From IMG/VR virus record IMGVR_UViG_3300020433_000002, positions 20,506-84,505 of that record: DNA of 64,000 nt. One strand, written 5' to 3'. The DNA is from a virus. Below are positions 20,509-29,787 of the stretch, one piece after another (position 1 is the stretch's first letter; every line of letters starts with the position of its first letter). Under the pieces are notes generated by a model. It made no database searches. It was given only the letters and a program-made list of their open reading frames with translations, and was not told the origin of the DNA. Made by a program: the position numbers and the translations under genes.

Positions 20509-21121
20509 AGTATTGCCTCAGACCATATATGAATTTTATGCTGATCCAAAGATTACAGCATTAGGTGTAGAATTGCTTAAAAAGGAAAAATTAATTCATC
20601 AAGAACATTCTACAACTTATCAGATTTCGGGGATGACTGAAGATGCCCGTCTGAATCTCAGACCTGAGTATGCACCTATTATGAATTGGATACTTGCATG
20701 TTTAGATGAGGTAAAAATATCAAGAAATTTGCAGTGTGATCGTATAGATATTACTCAGTCTTGGGGTGTAGTCACCACATATAATACACACCAACCAAGA
20801 CATTTTCATACCAATTCTTATATAAGTGGTGTTCTTTACTTGACGGATTCACCTACAGGTACTACACTATATCAGAATAGTATATGGGAATTAGAAAATC
20901 ACCCATTAGTAACTGTTAGGAGTATGGATGACTCTCGTGAAATTACTCATAAAGTACGTGCAAAAGCAGGTACTCTAAGTTTATTTCCCTCTAATCTGGA
21001 ACATGAGGTAAAACCAAGTAATGATTTTAATGATAGATATAGTCTAGTAGTCAATACTTTTCCAGCTGGTAGAGTGGGTCATTACAGATCCTTTAGTGGA
21101 ATGGAAATTGAGATTAAATGA
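20495..21121 (+). CDS. Putative 2OG-Fe(II) oxygenase (TIGR02466-like)
   Basis: SW...HFHTNSYISGVLYL...LFPSNLEHEV...R.SL. Confidence 0.8.
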   Translation: MKQIEVLPQTIYEFYADPKITALGVELLKKEKLIHQEHSTTYQISGMTEDARLNLRPEYAPIMNWILACLDEVKISRNLQCDRIDITQSWGVVTTYNTHQPRHFHTNSYISGVLYLTDSPTGTTLYQNSIWELENHPLVTVRSMDDSREITHKVRAKAGTLSLFPSNLEHEVKPSNDFNDRYSLVVNTFPAGRVGHYRSFSGMEIEIK

Positions 21122-21714
21122 AAGTGACACCATTTGAGACTTACCAAACATATCTTTCAATGAAAAGTCATTTTACTAACCCTAAGTATGACTTTATAAA
21201 ATATGGTGGTAAGTCAAGGGCTACAATGTCTGCCTTTAACAAAAGAAAAGACAAATACTGGTTTGAAAAAACATCCAGAAAATACTCTGACGAAGAAGTC
21301 GTAAACTTCCTATTAGCAAACTTTGTAACAACCGATAACCCACAAAACTTATGGATTGGAGAAATTATCAATTCTGGAGAAAGAAACTACGCAGATTGGA
21401 AAAGACGCAAACAGAGTTTGACTTACTTATTCAAAGAACAAGTAGAGAAATTAATATACGAAAACAACTTAGAAGAAGTATTCGATTGCTCGAAGGGCCA
21501 TCCACCATTACTAAAAAAGTATCTGGGTGGAGAAGTAAGTTTAGAAACGCTTACGATACTGGAAAAGGTTTTTTCTTTCGCAAAAAACTTTGATAAAAAA
21601 CTAAAAGATCCAGTGTGGGAATCCGTCAGTTTAAAGATAAAAAAATACATTCCCTTTATAAATATTAATGTATTCCATTATAAAAACGTATTAAGAGACA
21701 TTATCAATGAGTGA
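21118..21714 (+). CDS. gp59: Helicase loader gp59
   Basis: Y..YL.MK.HF...YDFIKYGGK...RKDKYWFEK; upstream of gp32. Confidence 0.85.
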   Translation: MKVTPFETYQTYLSMKSHFTNPKYDFIKYGGKSRATMSAFNKRKDKYWFEKTSRKYSDEEVVNFLLANFVTTDNPQNLWIGEIINSGERNYADWKRRKQSLTYLFKEQVEKLIYENNLEEVFDCSKGHPPLLKKYLGGEVSLETLTILEKVFSFAKNFDKKLKDPVWESVSLKIKKYIPFININVFHYKNVLRDIINE

Positions 21715-22039
21715 ATTTTTCGATTCAGAAATAGTTCGTAAAGAACTAAAAGATATCAATAAACTTCAACAGGAAGTTTATGGTACATTAATGAATTTTA
21801 ATACAATGCCCGATGAGGAAAAGATGGAACACGTTGATAAACTAAGTTCTTTACTTGAAATGCAAAAGGTCATGTACACAAGGTTATCCTTGTCTGATGA
21901 TCCTGCAGCTGAAGAGATGAAAAAGAATTTAGAACAATCACTTACCATTTTGGGTTTCCCAGAAGGTACTGATATACTTACATTATTCCAAGGAATGGAT
22001 AAAACCATTCAAAAAATGAAAAACCATCTTGACGATTAA
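21707..22039 (+). CDS. DUF1825-like cyanobacterial-type protein
   Basis: FFDSEIV...RLSLSDDP.A motif. Confidence 0.7.
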   Translation: MSEFFDSEIVRKELKDINKLQQEVYGTLMNFNTMPDEEKMEHVDKLSSLLEMQKVMYTRLSLSDDPAAEEMKKNLEQSLTILGFPEGTDILTLFQGMDKTIQKMKNHLDD

Positions 22040-22057
22040 GTCAATGTATGGTATAAT
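22029..22057 (+). promoter_or_regulatory. Sigma70-type promoter of gene 32
   Basis: TTGACG-N17-TATAAT. Confidence 0.75.
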
Positions 22058-22098
22058 CTAAACATCCCCCGAATCCAAATTAATCCGAGGTAATCTAA

Positions 22099-23013
22099 AT
22101 GTCATTCGCAGACTTAAAAAAACAATCCAAACTTGGCTCTTTAACTGCAAAGTTAGTTAAAGAAGTTGAGAAAATGAATAACAACGGTGCATCAGGTGAT
22201 GACCGTCTTTGGAAATTAGACGTAGATAAATCAGGTAACGGCTATGCTGTTATAAGATTTCTACCTGCACCAGAAGGTGAGGATCTACCATTCGTAAAAC
22301 TATACTCTCATGCCTTCCAAGGGCCTGGTGGTTGGTATATCGAAAACAGTTTGACTACTCTTGGTCAAAAAGATCCTGTTTCTGAGTACAATACCCAACT
22401 CTGGAACAATGGAACAGATGCAGGTAAAGATACTGCAAGAAAACAGAAACGTAAACTCACTTATATTAGTAACATCTATGTTGTGAAGGATCCTGCTAAT
22501 CCTGAGAACGAAGGTAAAGTATTCTTATTCAAATATGGTAAGAAAATCTTTGATAAACTAACTGCAGCAATGCAACCTGAGTTTGAAGATGAGGAAGCAA
22601 TTGATCCATTTGATTTCTGGCAAGGTGCTAACTTCAAATTGAAGGCTAAGAACGTTGCAGGTTATAGAAACTATGATTCTTCCGAGTTCGCAGCTCAAAG
22701 TCCACTATTAGACGATGATGAAGCGATGGAAGGATTATGGAAGAAGCAAGCATCACTTCAAGAGTTTGTAGGTGCTGATCAATTCAAATCATATGAAGAT
22801 TTGAAGAAACGTCTAGGTTACGTATTAGGTAACAAGACTTCTGCACGTCCTGCATTCGATGAAGACTTAGAAGACTTAAGCGAAGGCCTAAGCAAGGCAG
22901 AACAAGTTGTTGCTGACGCAGTTTCTGCAACTCCTGCACCAGTAAGTGTTGGAGCTCCTGATGAAGAGGAAGATGATACACTATCATACTTTGCGAAACT
23001 CGCATCAGAATAA
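22099..23013 (+). CDS. gp32: Single-stranded DNA-binding protein gp32
   Basis: DDRLWK, GNGYAVIRFLP, GWYIENSLTT, YGKKIFDK, acidic tail. Confidence 0.96.
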   Translation: MSFADLKKQSKLGSLTAKLVKEVEKMNNNGASGDDRLWKLDVDKSGNGYAVIRFLPAPEGEDLPFVKLYSHAFQGPGGWYIENSLTTLGQKDPVSEYNTQLWNNGTDAGKDTARKQKRKLTYISNIYVVKDPANPENEGKVFLFKYGKKIFDKLTAAMQPEFEDEEAIDPFDFWQGANFKLKAKNVAGYRNYDSSEFAAQSPLLDDDEAMEGLWKKQASLQEFVGADQFKSYEDLKKRLGYVLGNKTSARPAFDEDLEDLSEGLSKAEQVVADAVSATPAPVSVGAPDEEEDDTLSYFAKLASE

Positions 23014-23020
23014 ACATAAT

Positions 23021-23046
23021 AAAAGGGGTCTTACGACCCCTTTTTT
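23021..23046. terminator. Bidirectional terminator
   Basis: AAAAGGGGTC-ttac-GACCCCTTTT between convergent gp32 and gp53. Confidence 0.85.
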
Positions 23047-23704
23047 ATTGCACTGTAACTTTAGTATTTTCCGTTCGACTTAACTTATCAGTAACACGAT
23101 TTGAAGATCTTTGTACTACCATTATATCTCTCATATCGTTGAGGAACTGATTAAGATAACGTTTTTTAAGAATATGTATAGAACTCTTCTCTATATTTTT
23201 CTTTAGTTCATATTCAAAATTTGTAACTCCTTGTATTGTATCTACAGAAGCTGGAGTTATGTACTGATTGTAATAGAAATAAGTAACTGAAAAATTACCA
23301 TCAACTCTTTTACCTTTAGGAAGAATTAATCTTCCTTCCCCATCTATAATTTCTTTTGTTTCATAATGACGAATAGCATTTATATCTGCACCATACTTAT
23401 CTACACAGAAATTATATAATTGTTGATTAGTTAGAGGCCAATCATCTCTAACATTTAAAATTCCTGCAGTTAATAAAACAACCCAATCTAATTTATCATC
23501 GCCATATAATTCCTCTGCAATATTATCAGGTCTAGCACCTTCTTGAATTTCATACTTGTCGAAGACAGTAAATACACCTTCTAAATCATCACGTATTTTA
23601 TTCCTTCTAAAAAGGTTCTTAACTACAATGTAACTTTGAGATGATAGACTATCAGATAAAAAATTCTGATATGCTACATCTGGTAACTCTCTAAAATATC
23701 CCAT
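23045..23704 (-). CDS. gp53: Baseplate wedge protein gp53
   Basis: YF..LP, RPD.IA..LYGD..LDWVVLL...DWP, HYET motifs. Confidence 0.85.
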   Translation of the reverse strand: MGYFRELPDVAYQNFLSDSLSSQSYIVVKNLFRRNKIRDDLEGVFTVFDKYEIQEGARPDNIAEELYGDDKLDWVVLLTAGILNVRDDWPLTNQQLYNFCVDKYGADINAIRHYETKEIIDGEGRLILPKGKRVDGNFSVTYFYYNQYITPASVDTIQGVTNFEYELKKNIEKSSIHILKKRYLNQFLNDMRDIMVVQRSSNRVTDKLSRTENTKVTVQ

Positions 23705-24639
23705 TAGAATCCAACTCCGTCTGAAGTATCTTCGTATGCTTTATAATCTTCATTGTAAACTGGTGTAAGTTCTGTAAAACTTAAAGCCATAGTCATAGAA
23801 ACTGGTGCACCATCATTATATGTTGCCCAAGTTCCATCTGCAGTATAGTTAACATTACATGATTTCAATGCACATAATTTAATTCTATTCAAATAATCTG
23901 CTGCTTTTCCAAGATATTGAATTTCAAAAACTTTTGGTGTTTTGATCATAGCAGCACCCGCACCTTCTGGAGCCATATTTCTTTTGAATGCTTTGATTAT
24001 AGTTCTTACAGTTTGTGCTTCTTTCTGAAATCTTGGTGTAAATTTAAAATTAAAACTGAAATTTCTAATAGTTGGCCCTTTGAATAATAATTCCATATTT
24101 GGATTCAATACTTGACCTGATCCTCTTGCTAATACATCAGCAGCACTAACATTACCTCCAACAGCACTAACTGCCTGTGCTGCAAAGTAATCTTTAACTA
24201 AAGGATTATCTTTAAGTTGATTAACTAAATTCTTTATTTCATTACCAGTTCCTTCCATATTTCCACCCATCACATTTCTAGCTGCATTAACACCACCTGC
24301 TTCCAGAAAATTCATATTGCTTTGTCCCCAGTTAGCATTGTTACTATCTTGTAGTTGTGCGGGTACTGGTAGAATAATATTACCCAGTAGATCTGCTTTT
24401 AACCCATTACTATCTCTTGTTATTTGTCCACTTCTTTTATACTTAAAAATAGTAAACTTTAAAAAATCTTGAGTATTATCTACTGTACTATATGGATATC
24501 TTAAACCTGTAGGTAGTTTTTCTGGAGCTGCTGGTTTTGGCTTAGCAGTAATCAGAGATTCATATTCTTTTACAACATCACTCTGTTGTTTATCAGTAAG
24601 TTTCTGATCTGTTGTTGTACTTGTTGTCTCTTCGGGCAT
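23704..24639 (-). CDS. gp48: Baseplate tail-tube cap gp48
   Basis: NPNMELLFKGPT.R.FSF.FKFTPR and L.F.EL motifs; minus-strand TATAAATA at 24661-24668. Confidence 0.82.
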   Translation of the reverse strand: MPEETTSTTTDQKLTDKQQSDVVKEYESLITAKPKPAAPEKLPTGLRYPYSTVDNTQDFLKFTIFKYKRSGQITRDSNGLKADLLGNIILPVPAQLQDSNNANWGQSNMNFLEAGGVNAARNVMGGNMEGTGNEIKNLVNQLKDNPLVKDYFAAQAVSAVGGNVSAADVLARGSGQVLNPNMELLFKGPTIRNFSFNFKFTPRFQKEAQTVRTIIKAFKRNMAPEGAGAAMIKTPKVFEIQYLGKAADYLNRIKLCALKSCNVNYTADGTWATYNDGAPVSMTMALSFTELTPVYNEDYKAYEDTSDGVGF

Positions 24640-24655
24640 AACAATTACAGTTTTA

Positions 24656-25129
24656 TTATCTATTTATACGGATATTCTGAAAAGGTATCTCTTGTGCGTC
24701 TGGAAGTTCCTCAGCAGTGATTAAATATAGTCCACCAGCGATCTCATCCCATGTATATTGTCTCATTTCACCCCAATGAAAGTTAAGTCCTTTGAATCCC
24801 CAACTAAACACATTTGATACTGCAACTAAAGGGTTTTGATCATATTGGATATTTGGTGTTTTGGGTCGATATACAAATGTATAATAGTTCCCTGCTGTTG
24901 GTACTTTACCACTTTCACGTAATGCATTCATTACTTCTAACATCAAATCATCTGCACTTTCAGTACCAGTCATATTATCTAAAACTTCACGCAATCTATT
25001 TAATTTAGCATCAGTAGGTCTTTTTTCTCTTTGATTTGCAGGAACAGGTAAACCTGTATATTGGCCAGGTTTAGTAGGATTTCTAGCATCAATCTCTGCT
25101 TTTATCTCTTCATAACTTTGTTTAGACAT
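24656..25129 (-). CDS. gp2: DNA end-protector gp2-like protein
   Basis: G.YY.F.Y.PKT...YD..PLV...GF.GLNFH; position between gp48 and gp4. Confidence 0.6.
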   Translation of the reverse strand: MSKQSYEEIKAEIDARNPTKPGQYTGLPVPANQREKRPTDAKLNRLREVLDNMTGTESADDLMLEVMNALRESGKVPTAGNYYTFVYRPKTPNIQYDQNPLVAVSNVFSWGFKGLNFHWGEMRQYTWDEIAGGLYLITAEELPDAQEIPFQNIRINR

Positions 25130-25566
25130 TACTTAATACCTAATTCGTCTTCTGTTAATACTTTAAATTCCCACATTCGGTCAGCACAATACTCTCTTGC
25201 TGCTTTCCATTTTGCTTGATTTCTAGCATATTCATAAACTTCGTAGATATACCCTTTTGTTTTCTTTTTTTGAGGTTTAGGTTCTACGCATTGTTTTTTT
25301 GGTTTGACCTCAATTAAATATTTTTTAACATGACCCGTTGATTCTTTAACCTTGATATAGAAATCTGGAAAGTATCTATGAATCCTATTATCAACTGGAG
25401 ATCTGTACGGGAGGAATATCTCTTCACTTCCCCACTCCAAAATGTTTTCGTTTTTATCACAGTAAACCATGAATTTACGTTCCCACAGAGAACGGTAAAT
25501 TATGTTTCGAAAGTTACCTTTGTACTTCAATGGGTTACTTGGCTGATATCTTCCTTTGTAAGACAC
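25129..25566 (-). CDS. gp4: Head completion nuclease gp4
   Basis: YRSLWERKFM.YCD, W.SEE, RYFPDF, EVKP, N.AKW.AA. Confidence 0.92.
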   Translation of the reverse strand: MSYKGRYQPSNPLKYKGNFRNIIYRSLWERKFMVYCDKNENILEWGSEEIFLPYRSPVDNRIHRYFPDFYIKVKESTGHVKKYLIEVKPKKQCVEPKPQKKKTKGYIYEVYEYARNQAKWKAAREYCADRMWEFKVLTEDELGIK

Positions 25567-25598
25567 TAAATAGAAATATAATAATATAACTATATTTA
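25567..25598. promoter_or_regulatory. Back-to-back late promoters
   Basis: TAAATA on plus (25567) and on minus (25593-25598) between divergent late genes. Confidence 0.6.
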
Positions 25599-25600
25599 GA

Positions 25601-26239
25601 GTGGCTGGACTTATTTCAAAATATAAAATGGGTACTCTTACTAGGATGGATCTTAGTAAGGTCTCTTTGAATAACCAATATCAGGTACATATTGCAGGTA
25701 TATCATTCGAATTAAAGAGATATCTTCAACAATATTATGATCTGCCTAATGATTATGCAAATGGTAATAAGGTTGGTATAATGTGTGCTGAAGCTACATT
25801 ACCTACCAGTTCATTTGCTACATCAGAAGTTAAAGATAATTATCAAGGAATCAATCAACAGTTTGCACATACAAGAATATATGTTGATAGTGATTTCTCA
25901 TTCTACGTAGATCAAGATTATAATGTTCTTAAATTTTTTGAGGGATGGATGGATTATGTTGCAGGTGATGATAACTTTAAAGGTATCACCCGTACTGATG
26001 ATAACAATTACTATAGAAGATTAAACTATCCTATGAACAGAGATAACAAGATAGGATACAAGTCTGGATCATTAACAATTACAAAATTTGAAAAGAATCT
26101 AGATCCAAAGAAAAGTATTACTTATGAATATGTAAATGCCTTTCCAAAGTCAATGACTTCAATACCCGTGCAATATGGTGGTGCTGATCTTGTAAAGGTA
26201 AATGTTCAGTTTGCTTACGATAGATATAGAATGAAATAA
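25601..26239 (+). CDS. Tail tube-like protein (gp19/gp54 family)
   Basis: C.EATLP, F.FYVD..Y..LKFFE.W, NAFP...V.FAY. Confidence 0.7.
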   Translation: MAGLISKYKMGTLTRMDLSKVSLNNQYQVHIAGISFELKRYLQQYYDLPNDYANGNKVGIMCAEATLPTSSFATSEVKDNYQGINQQFAHTRIYVDSDFSFYVDQDYNVLKFFEGWMDYVAGDDNFKGITRTDDNNYYRRLNYPMNRDNKIGYKSGSLTITKFEKNLDPKKSITYEYVNAFPKSMTSIPVQYGGADLVKVNVQFAYDRYRMK

Positions 26240-26286
26240 AAAGTCGGTGAAACCCGTATATATAATATATAATGATTTGATTTATT

Positions 26287-27009
26287 ATGCCCTTACCAAA
26301 AATTAATACCCCCGTCTATGAATTGGTATTACCTTCTAGTGGAAGAAAAGTTAAATATAGACCATTCTTAGTTAGAGAAGAAAAGATTTTAATTATGGCC
26401 TTGGAATCTGAAAATCAAAAGCAGATTTCTGAAGCAGTTAAAACAGTAATAGGACAGTGTGTTCAAACACGAGGTATCAAGGTCGAAAAAATGGCGACGT
26501 TTGATATCGAATATCTATTTTTAAATGTTCGTGCAAAATCTGTTGGTGAATCTGTTGAGGTCAATGTAACCTGTCCTGATGATGGAGAAACACAGGTTGT
26601 AATGGAAATCGACATTGATGCTATCAAAGTTCAAAAGAATCCAGACCATAGTGATATTATTAAATTAGATGATAATTTATCAGTTAAAATGGCTTATCCA
26701 TCTATGACTCAATTTATTGAGACTAATTTTGAACTGGATACTGAGAAAGCTCAAGTAGATCAATCTCTTGAAGTTATTATGAAATGCATTGATCAAGTAT
26801 ATACTGCAGAGGAATCTTGGGATGCTTCTGACTGTACTAAAAAAGAATTGAAGGAATTTGTTGAGTCTATGAACTCTAAACAGTTTAAGGACATTGAAAA
26901 ATTCTTTGATACAATGCCTAAACTACAACATAAAGTTGAGGTATTTAATCCAAAGACTAAAGTAAAAAGTGAAGTGATGTTGGAGGGTCTAGCAAGTTTT
27001 TTCGCTTAG
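26287..27009 (+). CDS. gp26: Baseplate hub subunit gp26 (tail-assembly-chaperone-like)
   Basis: MPLPK..P.YEL.LPS, YRPFLVREEKIL, FDIEYLFL..RAKSVGE, ends GLASFF. Confidence 0.88.
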   Translation: MPLPKINTPVYELVLPSSGRKVKYRPFLVREEKILIMALESENQKQISEAVKTVIGQCVQTRGIKVEKMATFDIEYLFLNVRAKSVGESVEVNVTCPDDGETQVVMEIDIDAIKVQKNPDHSDIIKLDDNLSVKMAYPSMTQFIETNFELDTEKAQVDQSLEVIMKCIDQVYTAEESWDASDCTKKELKEFVESMNSKQFKDIEKFFDTMPKLQHKVEVFNPKTKVKSEVMLEGLASFFA

Positions 27010-27032
27010 CTCTAGCTCATGAGAGTCTAGAG
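26982..27032 (+). other. Putative -1 programmed ribosomal frameshift signal
   Basis: SD-like GGAGGG (26982-87), slippery T-TTT-TTC (26997-27003), 6-nt spacer, hairpin 27010-27032. Confidence 0.7.
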
Positions 27033-27188
27033 AATTACTATCGGACTAATTTTGCCCTCATGCAACACCATAAATATAGCTTAACAGAGTTAGAAAACAT
27101 GATTCCTTGGGAAAGAGAGATTTATGTTTCACTTCTCCAGCAATATATTGAAGAAGAAAATCTAAAAGCACAACAACGACGTGGCTAA
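26997..27188 (+). CDS. gp51: gp51-like baseplate hub assembly protein, in the -1 frame of gp26 (first ATG at 27060)
   Basis: ...HESLENYYRTNFALMQHHKYSLTELENMIPWEREIY...; not in ORF track. Confidence 0.8.
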   Translation, partial: FFRLALAHESLENYYRTNFALMQHHKYSLTELENMIPWEREIYVSLLQQYIEEENLKAQQRRG

Positions 27189-28749
27189 AGTAGCAAAAGC
27201 AAAACCTAAAATTAAAGCATCAAAAGTAACTGCTCTTGGTGGGAAAGGTGCTGCTCCAATCAAAAGAAGAGGAAGACCAAAGAAGTTACAGACACTCGCA
27301 GAGGTAAAGGCTGCGATAGATGCAAAAAACCCAACGTTTGTGAGTCCTATTACAGGAGGTAAATTACCAGGCACAGGGCCTAAGATAGATCCAAGTAAAC
27401 TTGTACCTGATACTGTTGATGATGAATTAAGACAGAAAGTTGAAAATAATTCCATAAAAATCACTAAACTTAAGAATATACTTAAATTAAGAAGAGAGAA
27501 TGATCCTACTGATGAGATAGCAGAGGTATCTTTAATACTTCAAGATATTGGTAATGCATTGAGTCAAGATTTTGCAAATAGAATTACGCAAGAGAAAGAT
27601 GCGATAGCAACTTTAAGAGGAACAGCAGACAGAAAGAAAAGAACGGGTGCAGAAGCAGGAATAGAAGCTGTTAAGAAGATCGGTGGTACAATAGGTAAGG
27701 CATTTGATACAGTAACTGCACCAGCAAAGAATATACTTGATAAAGTTATAAATTTCTTTGCGGCCATAGCGGGAGGATTTATTGCAGATAAAGCAATAAC
27801 ATGGTTAGCCAATAATAATGAAGCAATTACAAGTTTCTTTAAATTCTTAGAGAATCATGGTCAGAAACTTCTAATTGGATTAGGAGCCATTGTTGGTGGT
27901 GTTCTTGTTATGAAAATTTTCAAGAAAGTTAAAGCACTTGTTAAGTTTGTTAATAGTGTCTTTAAAGGATTGAATAGGGCTAGACGACTGGCTAGAGTCT
28001 TCTTAAAACGAACGCTCCCAAAAATGCTTAAAAATGCTAAGACATTAATTAAGAATGGTGTGTCTGCAATTAAGAATTTTGCTAAGAATCTACCTGGTGC
28101 AAAAGGTTTATTTAAACTAGGAAAAAATATAATAAAAGGTGGAAAGAATTTAATAAAAGGTGGAAAGACTCTATTAAAGAGTGGTGGTAAATTACTGAAG
28201 AGTGGTGGAAAAAGTTTACTTAAAAATTTAGGTAAGGCAGGAGGTAAGTCACTCCTTAAAAAGATCCCTATTGTTGGACTAGGTTTAGGTGCTGCATTTG
28301 CTGTAGGTAGATTAATGTCTAAACCACCAGATTGGAAAGGTGCTTTAGGTGAAATGGCTTCTGGTGCTGCTTCTATGATTCCTGGTGTTGGAACTGGTCT
28401 TTCACTTGCTATTGATGCTGGTATGATGGTGAGAGATAATAAGTTGAGTAAGGATGAGAAGAATCTAAAAGATGCTATGGGTGATTATGAAAAAACAGCA
28501 GAAGCAATCGCAGGTAAAGAACAACAACTTAACTTCAACAAAAATGTTAGTCCTACAGGAGATCTTACAGATCCTAATGCGGATGGTGTGACTACAGTTC
28601 TAGACCCCATAACAATTTCTCAACAAGCACAACAAAAACAGGCTGACTTTTTGGGTGGTGAGTTTGATAGTGTACCTCTTATTGGTGCAGAGGATATGAG
28701 TAACTATTATATTCTTCAAACTAAAGAAAAACTAGGGATATACGTATAA
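27181..28749 (+). CDS. Tape-measure-like / baseplate hub-associated protein
   Basis: Helical Ala/Gly/Lys-rich sequence, hydrophobic segments, KKIPIVGLG motif; follows gp26/51. Confidence 0.55.
   Translation: MAKVAKAKPKIKASKVTALGGKGAAPIKRRGRPKKLQTLAEVKAAIDAKNPTFVSPITGGKLPGTGPKIDPSKLVPDTVDDELRQKVENNSIKITKLKNILKLRRENDPTDEIAEVSLILQDIGNALSQDFANRITQEKDAIATLRGTADRKKRTGAEAGIEAVKKIGGTIGKAFDTVTAPAKNILDKVINFFAAIAGGFIADKAITWLANNNEAITSFFKFLENHGQKLLIGLGAIVGGVLVMKIFKKVKALVKFVNSVFKGLNRARRLARVFLKRTLPKMLKNAKTLIKNGVSAIKNFAKNLPGAKGLFKLGKNIIKGGKNLIKGGKTLLKSGGKLLKSGGKSLLKNLGKAGGKSLLKKIPIVGLGLGAAFAVGRLMSKPPDWKGALGEMASGAASMIPGVGTGLSLAIDAGMMVRDNKLSKDEKNLKDAMGDYEKTAEAIAGKEQQLNFNKNVSPTGDLTDPNADGVTTVLDPITISQQAQQKQADFLGGEFDSVPLIGAEDMSNYYILQTKEKLGIYV
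28120..28224 (+). repeat. Degenerate 21-nt (7-aa) tandem repeat
   Basis: GKNIIKG-GKNLIKG-GKTLLKS-GGKLLKS-GGKSLLK. Confidence 0.7.
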
Positions 28750-29787
28750 ATGAGCCAGAAACAAGAAGTAAAAAAACTGAAGATAACTGCTGTTAATCTT
28801 AGGAGTGTACTAACAGATAAGACTAAAGAACTTGGAAAGTTAGGTGATAAGAAGAAAATTCTTGTCCGTAAGCAAAGATTACAGGCAGAGAGGGCCGCTG
28901 CTGAGAAAAAAATTGAACAAGCGGGAGGTAATAAAGGCCCTGTAGCAAGTGTACTTGGTAATGTTGGTGGAATGGTAATGAGTATCAAAGATAGAGTAAT
29001 GAATTTCTTTGGATATCTTTTAATGGGATTTGTTGTTCAGAAATTACCACAGATTATTTCTTTCTTAACATCAGCATATGATAAAATAGCACCATTCGTA
29101 AAGGTTGTATGGAAGGTTATAAGTTCGATTGCATCAGCACTGGTAAAATTTGGTGGTTGGGTTTCTCAACTGTGGAAACCTAGTGAGGCAGAATCTAACG
29201 TAGCTCAGTTAGAAACTGTAAAGAAAGATATGGAAGGTGAAGTTGATAAAATAGAAGAACCTAAAGAAGAAGAAGATGGTGGTGGTGAAGAGACTAAAGA
29301 AGGTGAAGAGGATGCTACTCCTATAGATTTCTCTCAAGTGGATAAGTTTGAGAAAGGTGGTGGTGAAGGTTTAGGTCAGACTGCGGATAAACAAGAAGGT
29401 GAAGATGAAGCATTGATAAATGCAACAGGTACTACCGATACAGAAGCACAAGGAGAAGGAGAACAGGTAGAAAATCCATTAGAAAACTTAATTGCAATAG
29501 ATCCTGAGAAAATTGCGAAGACTGGAGCTGATGGTGAAAAGAAAGAGGATGTAACAAAAGAAGATGATAAGGTAGAGAAAGTTATAGATGCTAATGTTAA
29601 TAATATATTGAACAAAGTTCATAAAGTTACTGGTGACTTAAAGATGCAAAATGGTGGAAATAATCTCAATACCGTAATTATTCCTGTAGAAGTTCTTGCA
29701 ACTACTGATGCTAATGGTGATACACCTAAAAATCGGACTGAGGTAAGACCAGAACCAGAAGTCTCTAATCATAGGGTGATAGATTAA
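28750..29787 (+). CDS. Hypothetical tail-associated protein
   Basis: Basic N-terminus, hydrophobic middle, acidic C-terminal half. Confidence 0.6.
   Translation: MSQKQEVKKLKITAVNLRSVLTDKTKELGKLGDKKKILVRKQRLQAERAAAEKKIEQAGGNKGPVASVLGNVGGMVMSIKDRVMNFFGYLLMGFVVQKLPQIISFLTSAYDKIAPFVKVVWKVISSIASALVKFGGWVSQLWKPSEAESNVAQLETVKKDMEGEVDKIEEPKEEEDGGGEETKEGEEDATPIDFSQVDKFEKGGGEGLGQTADKQEGEDEALINATGTTDTEAQGEGEQVENPLENLIAIDPEKIAKTGADGEKKEDVTKEDDKVEKVIDANVNNILNKVHKVTGDLKMQNGGNNLNTVIIPVEVLATTDANGDTPKNRTEVRPEPEVSNHRVID

Noticed and set aside
17084-23013. Introns, inteins or homing endonucleases in core genes
   Set aside because: thyX, phoH, gp59 and gp32 are uninterrupted and of normal length; no HNH or GIY-YIG ORF recognised.
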